DNA of 64,000 nucleotides from Euglena gracilis. Lineage: Eukaryota. The position numbers were made by a program, and so were the translations under genes. The notes under the pieces are model-generated. The model was given only the letters and a program-made list of their open reading frames with translations. It was not told the origin of the DNA and did no database searches. This document shows positions 1 through 11,815 of the stretch, piece after piece (within the stretch, counting starts at the first letter, position 1; the number at the start of each line of letters is the position of its first letter). Location of the stretch: the NCBI GenBank assembly GCA_039621445.1, contig CP154954.1, forward strand, positions 13,510,716 through 13,574,715, read 5' to 3'.

Positions 1-81
1 TGGAGACAGCGGAATTTGGCTGATGGCAAGAGCGTGCGTGTGGCGGTGCTCGGTGTGGCTGCAGCCCACGCCATCGCATGG

Positions 82-3000
82 GGCTGCTGCTGGGCCCAAA
101 AATGCTAAAGCATTTGCCTCCCAACCGATCACAGCAGTTCATAGCTTTGGGACTGGAAATGACATGTGCATTTTGCCTGGTGTGTCCTGGGGCTGCTGGG
201 CCCAAATTTGCTTTTGGAAAGTGCCTCCCAACACGAAAATGGTGTGGCAAAAGGGGCTACCTGGCCCGAACTTTCCAGCAACGGACTCCCAACCCAAACA
301 AAAGCACAAACTGCGTACCTTGAACCTGAACACCTTGACTTAACTGAATGCCTTGAGTTTTCTGAGATGTCTCTTTTCTGGGAATTCACTTGGATTTTCT
401 GGCCTCAGCCCTTCAAATACCACTTTTTTGTAATCCTTCCGCCGGAACTTCCACCAGTAAAACCGAATGCAAGGCATCAAAACAAAGTCTTCCAAGACGT
501 CTTTAACAAGGTATTCAGCTTATTGCCACCTACAAAGTGAAATGGCAATTTTTGCAGTGAATTAAGCTTCGCTCTTCCTAATTTTTGCTGTAGCCAGCCG
601 CCATCCCACACACCCCTCCCAGGCCAATGCCGACAACCTACGAAGTTAGGCGACTGGCGTTGATCTGGGGATTTTGTTCTGAGGGTGGTTTTTGTTGGGG
701 GGGGGGCGCTGTCGAGGGTGTAATGTACAACAAAACCCAGTTAAAGCGTAAAGCAGCTGCTGCCAGCAATCCCAGCCAATACAACACAAATCCATGACCC
801 CCCCTTGCCCACTCCTGGGCTCATTTGTGACGCCATCTGGGGAACCTGCGGTTTCCACCCAGAAACCACAAGTTATCCCAGAAGGCCCCCCAGAAGCCCA
901 GGCCGGCTCGGGTTTCCAAATGTGAATGCCAGGGCTGGGCCCCCTTGAAGCGGCACCCACAAATTGGAAGGGCCAGGAACCAACAATTTTCAAAATCCAA
1001 AATTGACATTGAAATTTTGACAATTGATTCTGCAAATCTTTTTTTTTGACATGGACATGTTGAACTTTCCTCTGCCCAAATTGTGTGCATTGATCCGAGC
1101 CGAATCAGGTTGTAGGGGGGGGGGCCAATCTGGCCCCCACTTTGTCTTTGCCATTGGCAGATCTGACATTTGCAGGTTTTTCTGTAGCAATTCTTGTACT
1201 CCCCAGCCAGCATGAATCCTTCCCTTTCAGCTACCTTCAGCGCCCAGGGGCCACAGACATTTGTAGGGTCTTTCCCCAGGTACTTGACACACTGCCTCAA
1301 ATTTTCCTTTTCAATCTGCTCCTCCCTGCGCCTTGATTCCTCCATCAGCCAATTCATTGCGCCAAACCTTCCCAAAACCACAGCAAGAAACAAACCAGAA
1401 GTCAAAGCCCCAAAGGGTTCATACTGCTTGCCACCTGCACAAAGTTACAGATGACAGATTGTGGAATGTACAAATTAGGAATCTCTGGCCTGGCTCTGCT
1501 TAATTCTGCTGCACATCTGGGAGCGAATCCCACACTCCCCTCCTCAAAAAGCTTCCCAAGCTATGTCAGCCTTTGGCATCTGGGAGTCGCTCAAAGATGG
1601 GCTTCACCTGTGCCACGTGCCTTTCTCCCGCCCTCGAGCCACACAAGTCGTTTTTCGAGCAATTGCCGACCCCACCATGCCACACCCGTGCATGCCGTGG
1701 CCCACTGCCTGCGGTTTGTGCACAGGGGGCAATTGGTTCCCTGGAGCAATGGCTACCTGAGCAATCGTCGAAGACGTGCCACCAGGGCCTGCCACACAGG
1801 GGGGGGGGGTTTGGGGCAAAAGTTACCTGGTCAATCATCCCGGAAGATGTGCCACCAGGACTTGCCACACAAACCGGCATGCCACTGAAAATTCGACCCG
1901 GAGCTTTCGACAGGGGGCAAAAAGAACAAGGCAATCAGGTTAACACCCGGTCCGCTTAGTCCTCGAGTCGCTTGGCAGCCTTAAGCTTCAGCCTTCTCCT
2001 TCTCCGCTTCCAATTGGTCGTCTCATTCTTCACTCTTGACTTTGGTTCGTCTGCACCTGGCTCAGCCACATCCTTCTTCGGGACTTCCCAGTTGAACGGT
2101 TCTTCCTCGTCGGTGGACTCGCATCTGACCTTTGACAGCTCCTTCTGGCTTGCTTCTTGCACTGCATCACCAGCATGTACACCTGTGGCATGCACAGCTT
2201 GAGCATCTTCTCCATCACCACTTCTGGCATGCAATGGGTCCCCATGGCCCAGCTGTACATCACCACATCCGCCTTCATCAACTTCAATGTCACCATGTCC
2301 AGGGCTGTAATGCCCGATGCTGGCATTACACACCTCAGCATTCCTTGACTTGTCATCTTCAGCATGCACAACTTGGACATCTCTGCAAGGCTCATGAACC
2401 CTTTGTGTAGGGGGGGGGCCAATCTGGCCCCCACTTTGTCTTTGCCATTGGCAGATCTGACATTTGCAGGTTTTTCTGTAGCAGTTCTTGTACTCCCCAG
2501 CCAGCATGAATCCTTCCCTTTCAGCTACCTTCAGCGCCCAGGGGCCACAGACATTTGTAGGGTCTTTCCCCAGGTACTTGACACACTGCCTCAAATTTTC
2601 CTTTTCAATCTGCTCCTCCCTGCGCCTTGATTCCTCCATCAGCCAATTCATTGCGCCAAACCTTCCCAAAACCACAGCAAGAAACAAACCAGAAGTCAAA
2701 GCCCCAAAGGGTTCATACTGCTTGCCACCTGCACAAAGTTACAGATGACAGATTGTGGAATGTACAAATTAGGAATCTCTGGCCTGGCTCTGCTTAATTC
2801 TGCTGCACATCTGGGAGCGAATCCCACAAGGTACCATTGACTGCCAAAAGGATTTGCAACACAAATGGACAATTGAAACTTATTTGCACACTGTGTGGTG
2901 TGGCATAAGGGGCTGCTGGGCCCAAAAATGCTAAAGCATTTGCCTCCCAACCGATCACAGCAGTTCATAGCTTTGGGACTGGAAATGACATGTGCATTTT

Positions 3001-6000
3001 GCCTGGTGTGTCCTGGGGCTGCTGGGCCCAAATTTGCTTTTGGAAAGTGCCTCCCAACCCGAAAATGGTGTGGCAAAAGGGGCTACGTGGCCCGAACTTT
3101 CCAGCAACGGACTCCCAACCCAAACAAAAGCACAAACTGCATCCCTTGAACCTGAACACCTTGACTTAACTGAATGCCTTGAGTTTTCTGAGATGTCTCT
3201 TTTCTGGGAATTCACTTGGATGTTCTGGCTTCAGCGCTTCAAATACCACTTTTTTGTAATCCTTCCGCCGGAACTTCCACCAGTAAAACCAAATGCAAGG
3301 CATCAAAACAAAGTCTTCCAAGACGTTTTTAACAAGGTATTCAGCTTATTGCCACCTACAAAGTGAAATGGCAATTTTTGCAGTGAATTAAGCTTCGCTC
3401 TTCCTAATTTTTGCTGTAGCCAGCCGCCATCCCACACACCCCTCCCAGGCCAATGCCGACAACCTACAAAGTTAGGCGGCTGGCGTTGATCTGGGGATTT
3501 TGTTCTGAGGGTGGTTTTTTTTTTTGGGGGGGGCGCTGTCGAGGGTGTAATGTACAACAAAAACCAGTTAAAGCGTAAAGCAGCTGCTGCCAGCAATCCC
3601 AGCCAATACAGCACAAACCCATGACCCCCCCTTGCCCACTCCTGGGCCCATTTGTGACGCCATCTGAGGAACCTGCAGTTTCCACCCAGAAACCACAAGT
3701 TATCCCAGAAGGCCCCCCAGAAGCCCAGGCCGGCTCGGGTTTCCAAATGTGAGTGCCAGGGCTGGGCCCCCTTGAAGCGGCACCCACAAATTGGAAGGGC
3801 CAGGAACCAACAATTTTCAAAATCCAAAATTGACATTGAAATTTTGATAATTGATTCTGCAAATCTTTTTTTTTTTGACATGGACATGTTGAACTTTCCT
3901 TTGCCCAAATTGTGTGCATTGATCCGAGCCGAATCAGGTGCCATTGACTGCCCAAAGGATTTGCAACACAAATGGACAATTGAAACTTATTTGCACACTG
4001 TGTGGTGTGGCATAAGGGGCTGCTGGGCCCAAAAATGCTAAAGCATTTGCCTCCCAACCCATCACAGCAGTTCATAGCTTTGGGACTGGAAATGACATGT
4101 GCATTTTGCCTGGTGTGTCCTGGGGCTGCTCGGCCCAAATTTGCTTTTGGAAAGTGCCTCCCAACCCGAAAATGGTGTGGCAAAAGGGGCTACGTGGCCC
4201 GAACCTTCCAGCAACGGACTCCCAACCCAAACAAAAGCACAAACTGCATACCTTGAACCTGAACACCTTGACTTAACTGAATGCCTTGAGTTTTCTGAGA
4301 TGTCTCTTTTCTGGGAATTCACTTGGATTTTCTGGCTTCAGCGCTTCAAATACCACTTTTTTGTAATCCTTCCGCCGGAACTTCCACCAGTAAAACCGAA
4401 TGCAAGGCATCAAAACAAAGTCTTCCAAGACGTTTTTAACAAGGTATTCAGCTTATTGCCACCTACAAAGTGAAATGGCAATTTTTGCAGTGAATTAAGC
4501 TTCGCTCTTCCTAATTTTTGCTGTAGCCAGCCGCCATCCCACACACCCCTCCCAGGCCAATGCCGACAACCTACGAAGTTAGGCGGCTGGCGTTGATCTG
4601 TGGATTTTGTTCTGAGGGTGGTTTTTTTTGGGGGGGGGGGCGCTGTCGAGGGTATAATGTACAACAAAACCCAGTTAAAGCGTAAAGCAGCTGCTGCCAG
4701 CAATCCCAGCCAATACAACACAAATCCATGACCCACCCCTTGCCCACTCCTGGGCTCATTTATGACGCCATCTGGGGAACCTGCGGTTTCCACCCAGAAA
4801 CCACAAGTTATCCCAGAAGGCCCCCCAGAAGCCCAGGCCGGCTCGGGTTTCCAAATGTGAATGCCAGGGCTGGGCCCCCTTGAAGCGGCACCCACAAATT
4901 GGAAGGGCCAGGAACCAACAATTTTCAAAATCCAAAATTGACATTGAAATTTTGACAACTGATTCTGCAAATCTTTTTTTTTTGACATGGACATGTTGAA
5001 CTTTCCTCTGCCCAAATTGTGTGCATTGATCCGAGCCGAATCAGGTACCATTGACTGCCCAAAGGATTTGCAACACAAATGGACAATTGAAACTTATTTG
5101 CACACTGTGTGGTGTGGCATAAGGGGCTGCTGGGCCCAAAAATGCTAAAGCATTTGCCTCCCAACCGATCACAGCAGTTCATAGCTTTGGGACTGGAAAT
5201 GACATGTGCATTTTGCCTGGTGTGTCCTGGGGCTGCTGGGCCCAAATTTGCTTTTGGAAAGTGCCTCCCAACCCGAAAATGGTGTGGCAAAAGGGGCTAC
5301 GTGGCCCGAACTTTCCAGCAACGGACTACCAACCCAAACAAAAGCACAAACTGCATACCTTGAACCTGAACACCTTGACTTAACTGAATGCCTTGAGTTT
5401 TCTGAGATGTCTCTTTTCTGGGAATTCACTTGGATTTTCTGGCTTCAGCGCTTCAAATACCACTTTTTTTGTAATCCTTCCGCCGGAACTTCCACCAGTA
5501 AAACCGAATGCAAGGCATCAAAACAAAGTCTTCCAAGACGTTTTTAACAAGGTATTCAGCTTTTTGCCACGTACAAAGTGAAATGGCAATTTTTGCAGTG
5601 AATTAAGCTTCGCTCTTCCTAATTTTTGCTGTAGCCAGCCGCCATCCCACACACCCCTCCCAGGCCAATGCCGACAACCTACGAAGTTAGGCGGCTGGCG
5701 TTGCCCTGGGGATTTTGTTCTGAGGGTGGTTTTTTTGGGGGGGGGGATGCGCTGTCGAGGGTGTAATGTACAACAAAACCCAGTTAAAGCGTAAAGCAGC
5801 TGCTGCCAGCAATCCCAGCCAATACAACACAAATCCATGACCCCCCCTTGCCCACTCCTGGGCCCATTTGTGACGCCATCTGAGGAACCTGCGGTTTCCA
5901 CCCAGAAACCACAAGTTATCCCAGAAGGCCCCCCAGAAGCCCAGGCCGGCTCGGGTTTCCAAATGTGAATGCCAGGGCTGGGCCCCCTTGAAGCGGCACC

Positions 6001-6968
6001 CACAAGTTGGAAGGGCCAGGAACCAACAATTTTCAAAATCCAAAATTGACATTGAAATTTTGACAATTGATTCTGCAAATCTTTTTTTTTTGACATGGAC
6101 ATGTTGAACTTTCCTCTGCCCAAGTTGTGTGCATTGATCCGAGCCGAATCAGGTACCATTGACTGCCCAAAGGATTTGCAACACAAGTGGACAATTGAAA
6201 CTTATTTGCACAGTGTGTGGTGTGGCATAAGGGGCTGCTGGGACCAAAAATGCTAAAGAATTTTCCCAACCGATCACAGCAGTACACAGCTTTGGGACTG
6301 GAAATGACATGTGCATTTGCCTGGTGTGTCCTGGGGCTACTGGGCCCGAATTTGCTTTTGGAAAGTGCCTCCCAGCCCAAAATGGTGTGGCAAAAGGGGC
6401 TACGTGGCCCGAACGTTCCAGCAACAGACTCCCAACCCAAACAAAAACACAATCTGCAGAACACTGTCACATAATCTGTTCCAAATGCCTTTCAACCATC
6501 CAACACCCAGCTGCAAATTACATCACCAAGCTGCAGCATGAGCAGGGTGTCAATCAGCAGCACATACCACATCTTACTGCAGGTTCTGGAGGTTGTTGAT
6601 CCTCCTCCTGCTGCTGCTGGCAGCTCCAGCTGCATTTCAATTCTAAATGTCCTCCTTCGATGGCTCATTCACTGATACTTGAACAGCATGCCTTGGAAAA
6701 CCAGAATACCTTGAGTATTCTGAGATGTCTCTTTTCTGGGAATTCACTTGGATTTTCTGGCTTCAGCGCTTCAAAATACCACTTTTTTGTAATCCTTCCG
6801 CCGGAACTTCCACCAGTAAAACCGAATGCAAGGCATCAAAACAAAGTCTTCCAAGACGTTTTGAACAAGGTATTCAGCTTATTGCCACCTACAAAGTGAA
6901 ATGGCAATTTTTTGGTTGAATTAGGCTTCGCTCTTCCTAATTTTTGCTGTAGCAAGCCGCCCTCCCAC
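82..6968. repeat. Tandem array of a ~1107-bp unit (about 4 full or near-full copies plus diverged partial copies)
   Basis: CCGAGCCGAATCAGGT recurs at ~1095, 3924, 5031 and 6139 (period 1107-1108 apart from the insertion at 1111-2828). The same short ORFs recur in each unit. The last unit is diverged and interrupted at ~6450-6700. Confidence 0.92.
1111..2828 (-). mobile_element. Non-autonomous LTR element (TRIM-like, 1718 bp) with self-complementary PBS
   Basis: Near-identical ~423-bp direct repeats at 1111-1534 and 2406-2828 with TGT...ACA ends. PPT GAGGAGGGGAG (minus strand, 1535-1545) abuts the 3' LTR. 4-bp TSD AGGT at 1107-1110 and 2829-2832; the empty site CAGGTACC is seen in other array units. 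No pol motifs. Confidence 0.88.
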
Positions 6969-7746
6969 ACTGGTATGGTTGCCAAGATGCCCCCAAAGAA
7001 CCTGCCAGTTGTTAGTACTTAGTAGCACCAATGGTGCAACCATGTGGCACGTCAACCCCGCCAGCGCGTCCGCAGCACCACGAAAACATTTATGGTTCAC
7101 AAAATTTGCATGGTACATATTGCACATTAAGTGGTGTGTTCCATGCGCATTTGCAAAGTTTACCGAATAACACACTTGGTGCAACCTCTGGAGTGTCTGC
7201 AACATGGCGCTATTTCGCGCCCGGGCCCAACCTCAATGAATACCACCGATGGGCCACGGGTTGCTCGGAAAGATTTTCAAGGAGCCCTCGCAATCGCGAA
7301 CAAGGTAATGTCCGATTGGGACGGTGACCACACAACGCATGGAAACAATTTTTCCGCGACTGAAAATAATACTGGGATTTGAAGGGACCAACCCAAGACA
7401 GAAACCCGGAGGTATTTCAAGATGTAGTTTATTGATTGACCACCAAAGGATGAAAAAGAACGCGCCAGACAATTGGTCATTCGCGGGCGCATTTCTTTGA
7501 GGACTTGGTCGATCAATATGCTTCATCATGCTCTAGTCTAGTTTCCAGAATCAATCTGGAAAAAAAAATGGAGACAATCACGTCCCCCGGACCGCAAATG
7601 GAAGCCGATCCACTTTTGGTACTCAAAGTGGCTTTGGTTGGCAGCCGAAGTGGATGAGTTTGGGGAAACACAAACCAAGAAACGACTTGATGCAGTATTT
7701 CTGTGCTACATCCCCAAAATCATTAAAGGAATTGACCGCAGCAGGG

Positions 7747-7956
7747 TGTGTGCGGCGGACGGCAGAGCCTACGACAGTGGTAGGTGTGCAACAGCAGGAC
7801 CAGTGTGGTCCGGATAGATTATTGGTTAAGGTGTTGGCCTCACACGCGGGAGGTCGTGCGTTCGAGACCCAGGTCCCCCCGTGTGAGTCGCGGTCGATCA
7901 CGTACGGGCAGACGGCATACCGCGGGGATCGATAGGCTCACCTTCGTCCGTGTACG
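7747..7956 (+). mobile_element. 5' LTR of a tRNA-containing TRIM (truncated copy A; internal part continues to ~8069)
   Basis: Homologous to 11082-11271, 11607-11815 and 18725-18932. Followed directly by PBS TGGTAGCAGAGGA, then ~100 bp matching the internal region of copy B. Confidence 0.85.
7807..7880 (+). pseudogene. tRNA-Val(CAC)-derived segment inside an LTR
   Basis: A-box-like TAGATTATTGG, anticodon arm GCCTCACACGC, variable loop GAGGTC and B-box-like GTTCGAGACCC. The acceptor stem is imperfect. Confidence 0.75.
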
Positions 7957-7969
7957 TGGTAGCAGAGGA
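7957..7969 (+). promoter_or_regulatory. Primer-binding site, initiator tRNA-Met type
   Basis: TGGTAGCAGAGGA is complementary to the 3' end of an AGCAGAG-type tRNA-iMet and lies directly after the LTR. Confidence 0.85.
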
Positions 7970-8069
7970 GCCCGACCAATGGCACACGAAACCGGACATT
8001 AGAGCCTGACCCCACGACATGTGGAAGGCAGAGACAGATGCGCCGAGTCTTGAGAAACTGGAACTCCTA

Positions 8070-9396
8070 GGCGAGCGGCAGGGCGACGATCGGTCCCCCC
8101 TACACCTTCGGCGGCCACTTCGGTGTGCCTGCCGGCAGGTGGAGATGAAGAACACCTGCAGAGTGAAGGCGATGGTGAAGGGGCGGATAATGTCCTCTGC
8201 GCTGCTCTTCCTACTCCTGCTCAGCCCCAACCAGACGACGCACCCGCAGGGGATGTACGTATGGTTTCACCGCCTGTGCCGTAGGCTGAACCACAAGTCG
8301 ACGTGGCTGGTATGGTTGCCAAGGATGCTCCCAAAGAACCTGCCAGTCCCTCAGTTCGCCCCTCATTACGAGGCCGTGTGCTCGGCGCCGTGTTGAATGG
8401 CATTACTACCGTGGCCGCTGCACTAACGCCACGAAGTGGAGGTGCGGAATTAAGCCCCGCCTCTGAGGCTGTGGAGGTACCAGATGTTCTTGACCCTGCA
8501 CATCCATCTCCTGCAACACTGCAACCACTGACAGGGGATTAACCACAACCGACAGAGACATCCTTCGCACCTGATACAATCAAAGAACCTCCTGCAGCAC
8601 CTGCGTCAACAGTCACGTCACGGAGGATTAACCTCCAGTGGCAACAGCAGCCGTCGAGATCGAAGTGAGGGAAATACCCCACGACCACCGACACCGCGCA
8701 GGATCCCAGGAGTACCGAGGACGATGGCAAAGTTTCTGGGAATGCCAGCAGCTGTGGAAGCACCGATTCTGGTGTCGACAACAGTACCGCGTCCCGTCGG
8801 GCACTATGAAACTGCACGGGCGGCTGCCGGCAGAGCAGTACCAATAACGCGCGTCACCTCCTCGGGGTGTCATGCGACATGAGTAGGCCGCCCACATCGG
8901 CTCTTGCCCCAGCAGTGCAGGGATCCAAGCCGGGTGCTACACCCTGTTAGCCCCCTGCTAAAGGCAGCGATGGGAAACCACCACCGAAAGACGGCACTGG
9001 TGGCCAGACCGAGTACAGCCGAAAGGCAACGACGGTGCACGACTATTCGGCCGTCGATTCGTTGGGATACGGCGAGAGCAAATCAAAAGGTAAGGCTCGT
9101 GACGGCCAAGCACAATCGTCTGCCGCAATGGCGACGGGCGAGGAGCAGGACGAAATTGCTTCGCTCCCTGCGCCTCCGGATGCCCAGCTCTGTGTCAAGG
9201 ATATCTTGACCGGCCTAGGAACCGTAGAAGCACGGACGAAGCAGATGGCTGCTATTCAGCACCAGAAAGGGTCACTGAATAGATGGATTCAGCAGTTGTT
9301 CGTCAAAGGAGAGCCCTTCCACTATGCCCAATAGCATACTTTGACGTTCTGGAACAGCCACTAACCCCGAGTACTGGCATTGTTCTTCAGAGAAGA
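8070..9396 (+). pseudogene. Decayed 5' part of cargo ORF-X (homolog of 29070-31310), split by a nested insertion
   Basis: Translation LNRWIQQLFVKGEPFHYAQ*HTLTFWNSH*PRVLALFFRED aligns with LNKWIEPLFFNDQKHNYYVRHIWRFYNARSPRVFAQYLGET. The upstream part is Pro/Thr-rich. Confidence 0.75.
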
Positions 9397-9880
9397 CGTG
9401 TAACAGGCAGCCGTAATGCACACGTACTGTGTATGCAGGTATAAGACTACGGCCAGATTTAGTTCTCAGCCTCATACACAGTACTTTGTTGGATGGCATT
9501 CCTAAAGATGGCCGACGTCCTGAAATAGTCAGCCACGCTCTATAGAGCAAAGCCTTATTTGGTTCTTCTCTCCACAGGTATTATTATTTATTCTCTATTC
9601 TCTGTTCTTTATTCTCATCTCTTTATTCCCTGTTGTTTTCTTCGGTTGTCATCATGTCAAATTCGCTCATTCAAAGTGCTGAAAGGACTGCCAAATCACC
9701 TGTCGTTTGTTTGTCACCTACAAAAGAGCTTTCTTGCCTGCCTTGTGCTTTGCTTGTTAAGCTTGTTAAAAGGAAAGTCAACGTTTCAGGTTCTTTTTGT
9801 GTCTTAATGCCAATTTTAGTTTCCTAAGTAGGCGGCGCAACCAGAGGTGAAAGCGAGGAAAGCAGGGTTGGACGTACACT
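9397..9880 (+). repeat. 5' LTR (CGTGTAAC...GTACACT)
   Basis: Direct repeat of 15661-16128, with many substitutions. Confidence 0.85.
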
Positions 9881-10559
9881 TGGAAGCATTTAAGTTTTTG
9901 ATTTTTTTGACCTCAAACGGTTGTGTGGTACACTGACTATTGGCGATACAGGCACCACAAGCCGTTTACGGCAAGAGCCGTACACACGCACGTCTCATCT
10001 GAAGGTTTTGATCATTGTACGATGCTTCAACCCTCAGAGTTCAGGACTCTGCATACTATTTTTATTTAGCTTTCCCCCTTTTTTTTCATTTGTTCCCCCA
10101 TATTACACTTGGTTTTGGTGGTTCATACAAAAATGCAGAGCACAACGCCAAGGTCCACCGACTGCGCCGCATTGGTTGGTGCACTTCGAGGACTTGAAGT
10201 TGCGGCATCTTTGACAAGCTCCAATGTGCATTCCCAACCCCAACGGGGCACGCGCAAAGCATTGTCACTTAACAGGTAATCCCCCTATTCAGTGTGTGAC
10301 ACAACTATTGGTGTCTGTGTCGAGTAGCCATCCCCCTTCCTAAAGGACTCCCCACACGTATCGGTGTCACGGATTAGGGAGCAGCCCAGTGCCAAACGGG
10401 CACAACCACGGTTGTTGGAAATCCGATCGGCTGACGGCTATTCCCCCCGGCGAGAAGTATTGGTGCCGATAGCACATTTAACCCCGAGGCGGTTGTGCCG
10501 CGACAACTTTTTGTGCAGGGTTGGTTTTAAACAGCATGTGTTTTTCAAGCCCACCCCTG

Positions 10560-11081
10560 CACTTCCCCACCCCAAATCCGACTGGACAAATACCGAAATC
10601 AAAAATGATGTGGGGGAGTTGGTAAATATTTACAACATCCTGTTACCGTGAATCAGAGAATTGTCGCAAATCTCCCAGTGGAGCACCCCCTTATGTGTAA
10701 ATCTCCCATGTACACCAATATGTAGCAGACTGCGCTATGACACCTAAAAAGGTTTTGTATTTTGATGAAAACAACCAAAAGGTCGTATTAAACAAGCTGG
10801 ATTTCCTCTAGGCTTATGTCCGTGATGTTGGTGAATTCCTTTAATGAGGTTCGGGATGTGGCACAGAAATACTGCATCAAATTGTTTCTTGGTTTGTGTT
10901 TCCCAATCCTCATCCACTTCGGCTGCCAACCCAATCCACTTTGAGTTGCGGGATTGTGTCTCACTCATGGCTTCAGTCACTTTTTGGAAGTGTTGTGGCA
11001 AATGTTCTTGCAAATGTGTCTCAAAACCTTGGCGCAAATTTACCAAATCCACACTGGTGGAATGAATTGACCGCAGCAGGC
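10560..11081 (+). pseudogene. gag-like coiled-coil ORF remnant containing a 235-bp inversion
   Basis: VHQYVADCAMTPKKVLYFDENNQKVVLNKLDF matches VQQCVADCATALNKVLQFDEDNQKHVFTKLEY of ORF 59940-60512. The next homologous block lies on the minus strand at 10834-11068. Confidence 0.72.
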
Positions 11082-11815
11082 TGTGTGCGGCGGACAGCGT
11101 GTGCAACACCAGGACCAGTGTGGTCCGGATAGATTATTGGTTAAGGCGTTGGCCTCACACGCCGGAGGTCGTCTATTTGAGACTCAGGTCCCCCCGTGTG
11201 AGTCGCGGTCGATCACGAAAGGGCAGAGGGCCTACCGCGGGGATCGATAGGCTTACCTTCGGCCGTTTACGTGGTAGCAGAGGATCCCGTCCAATGTCAG
11301 ACGAAACCGGACATTAGAGCCTGACCCCACGACACGTGGAAGGCGGAGACGGATGCGCCGAGTCTTGGGAAACTGGAACTCCTACACCGTTCCAAAGTCT
11401 CAAACCGATTCAAAGGGTGACGCTTCAAGGCGACAGAGCACGTAGAAGAGTACAACACGTAAACTGCCGGCTATAGTAAACCCGAGATGCAGAGGCCGGC
11501 AACCTGGTGTTGCAGTACTTGTGTGAGGCACTATCCAACTCCGTCCGTGTGAGGCATACCCCGAGATGCAGGGGCCACGGCCACGGTGACGCCCTTGGGA
11601 GTGGAGTGTGTGCGGCGGACGGGATGGCGTACGACACACTACAGTGGTAGGTGTGAGACCAGTCTGGTCCGAATAGATTATTGGTTATGGTGTTGGCCTC
11701 ACACGCGGAAGGTCGTGAGTTCGAGACCCAGGTCACGCCGTGCGGCTCTTGGTCGGTCCCATACTGGCAGAGGGCATACCACGGGGATCGATCAGCGCAC
11801 CCTCGGCTGTATACA
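11082..11815 (+). mobile_element. Complete TRIM (734 bp) with tRNA-Val-derived LTRs
   Basis: 5' LTR 11082-11271; PBS TGGTAGCAGAGGAT 11272-11285; PPT GGGAGTGGAG 11597-11606; 3' LTR 11607-11815 (TGT...TACA). TSD CAGGC/CAGGG (CAGGG at the equivalent flank of copy A). Both LTRs carry GCCTCACACGC and a B-box-like motif. Confidence 0.85.

Noticed and set aside
1956-2699. 247-aa ORF (and 821-1405) as a host gene
   Set aside because: It starts inside an LTR at a non-ATG codon, runs across the LTR boundary and has no recognisable domain.
23-6900. Recurrent 80-240-aa ORFs in the tandem array
   Set aside because: Frames shift between units through homopolymer indels, and there are no domain motifs.
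6970-7009. ~40-bp match to 8308-8348
   Set aside because: Probably a rearrangement scar at the array/element junction; too short to interpret.
7807-7880. Functional tRNA-Val gene (also ~11122, ~11666, ~18790)
   Set aside because: The acceptor and T stems pair poorly, and every copy sits inside an LTR; treated as tRNA-derived.
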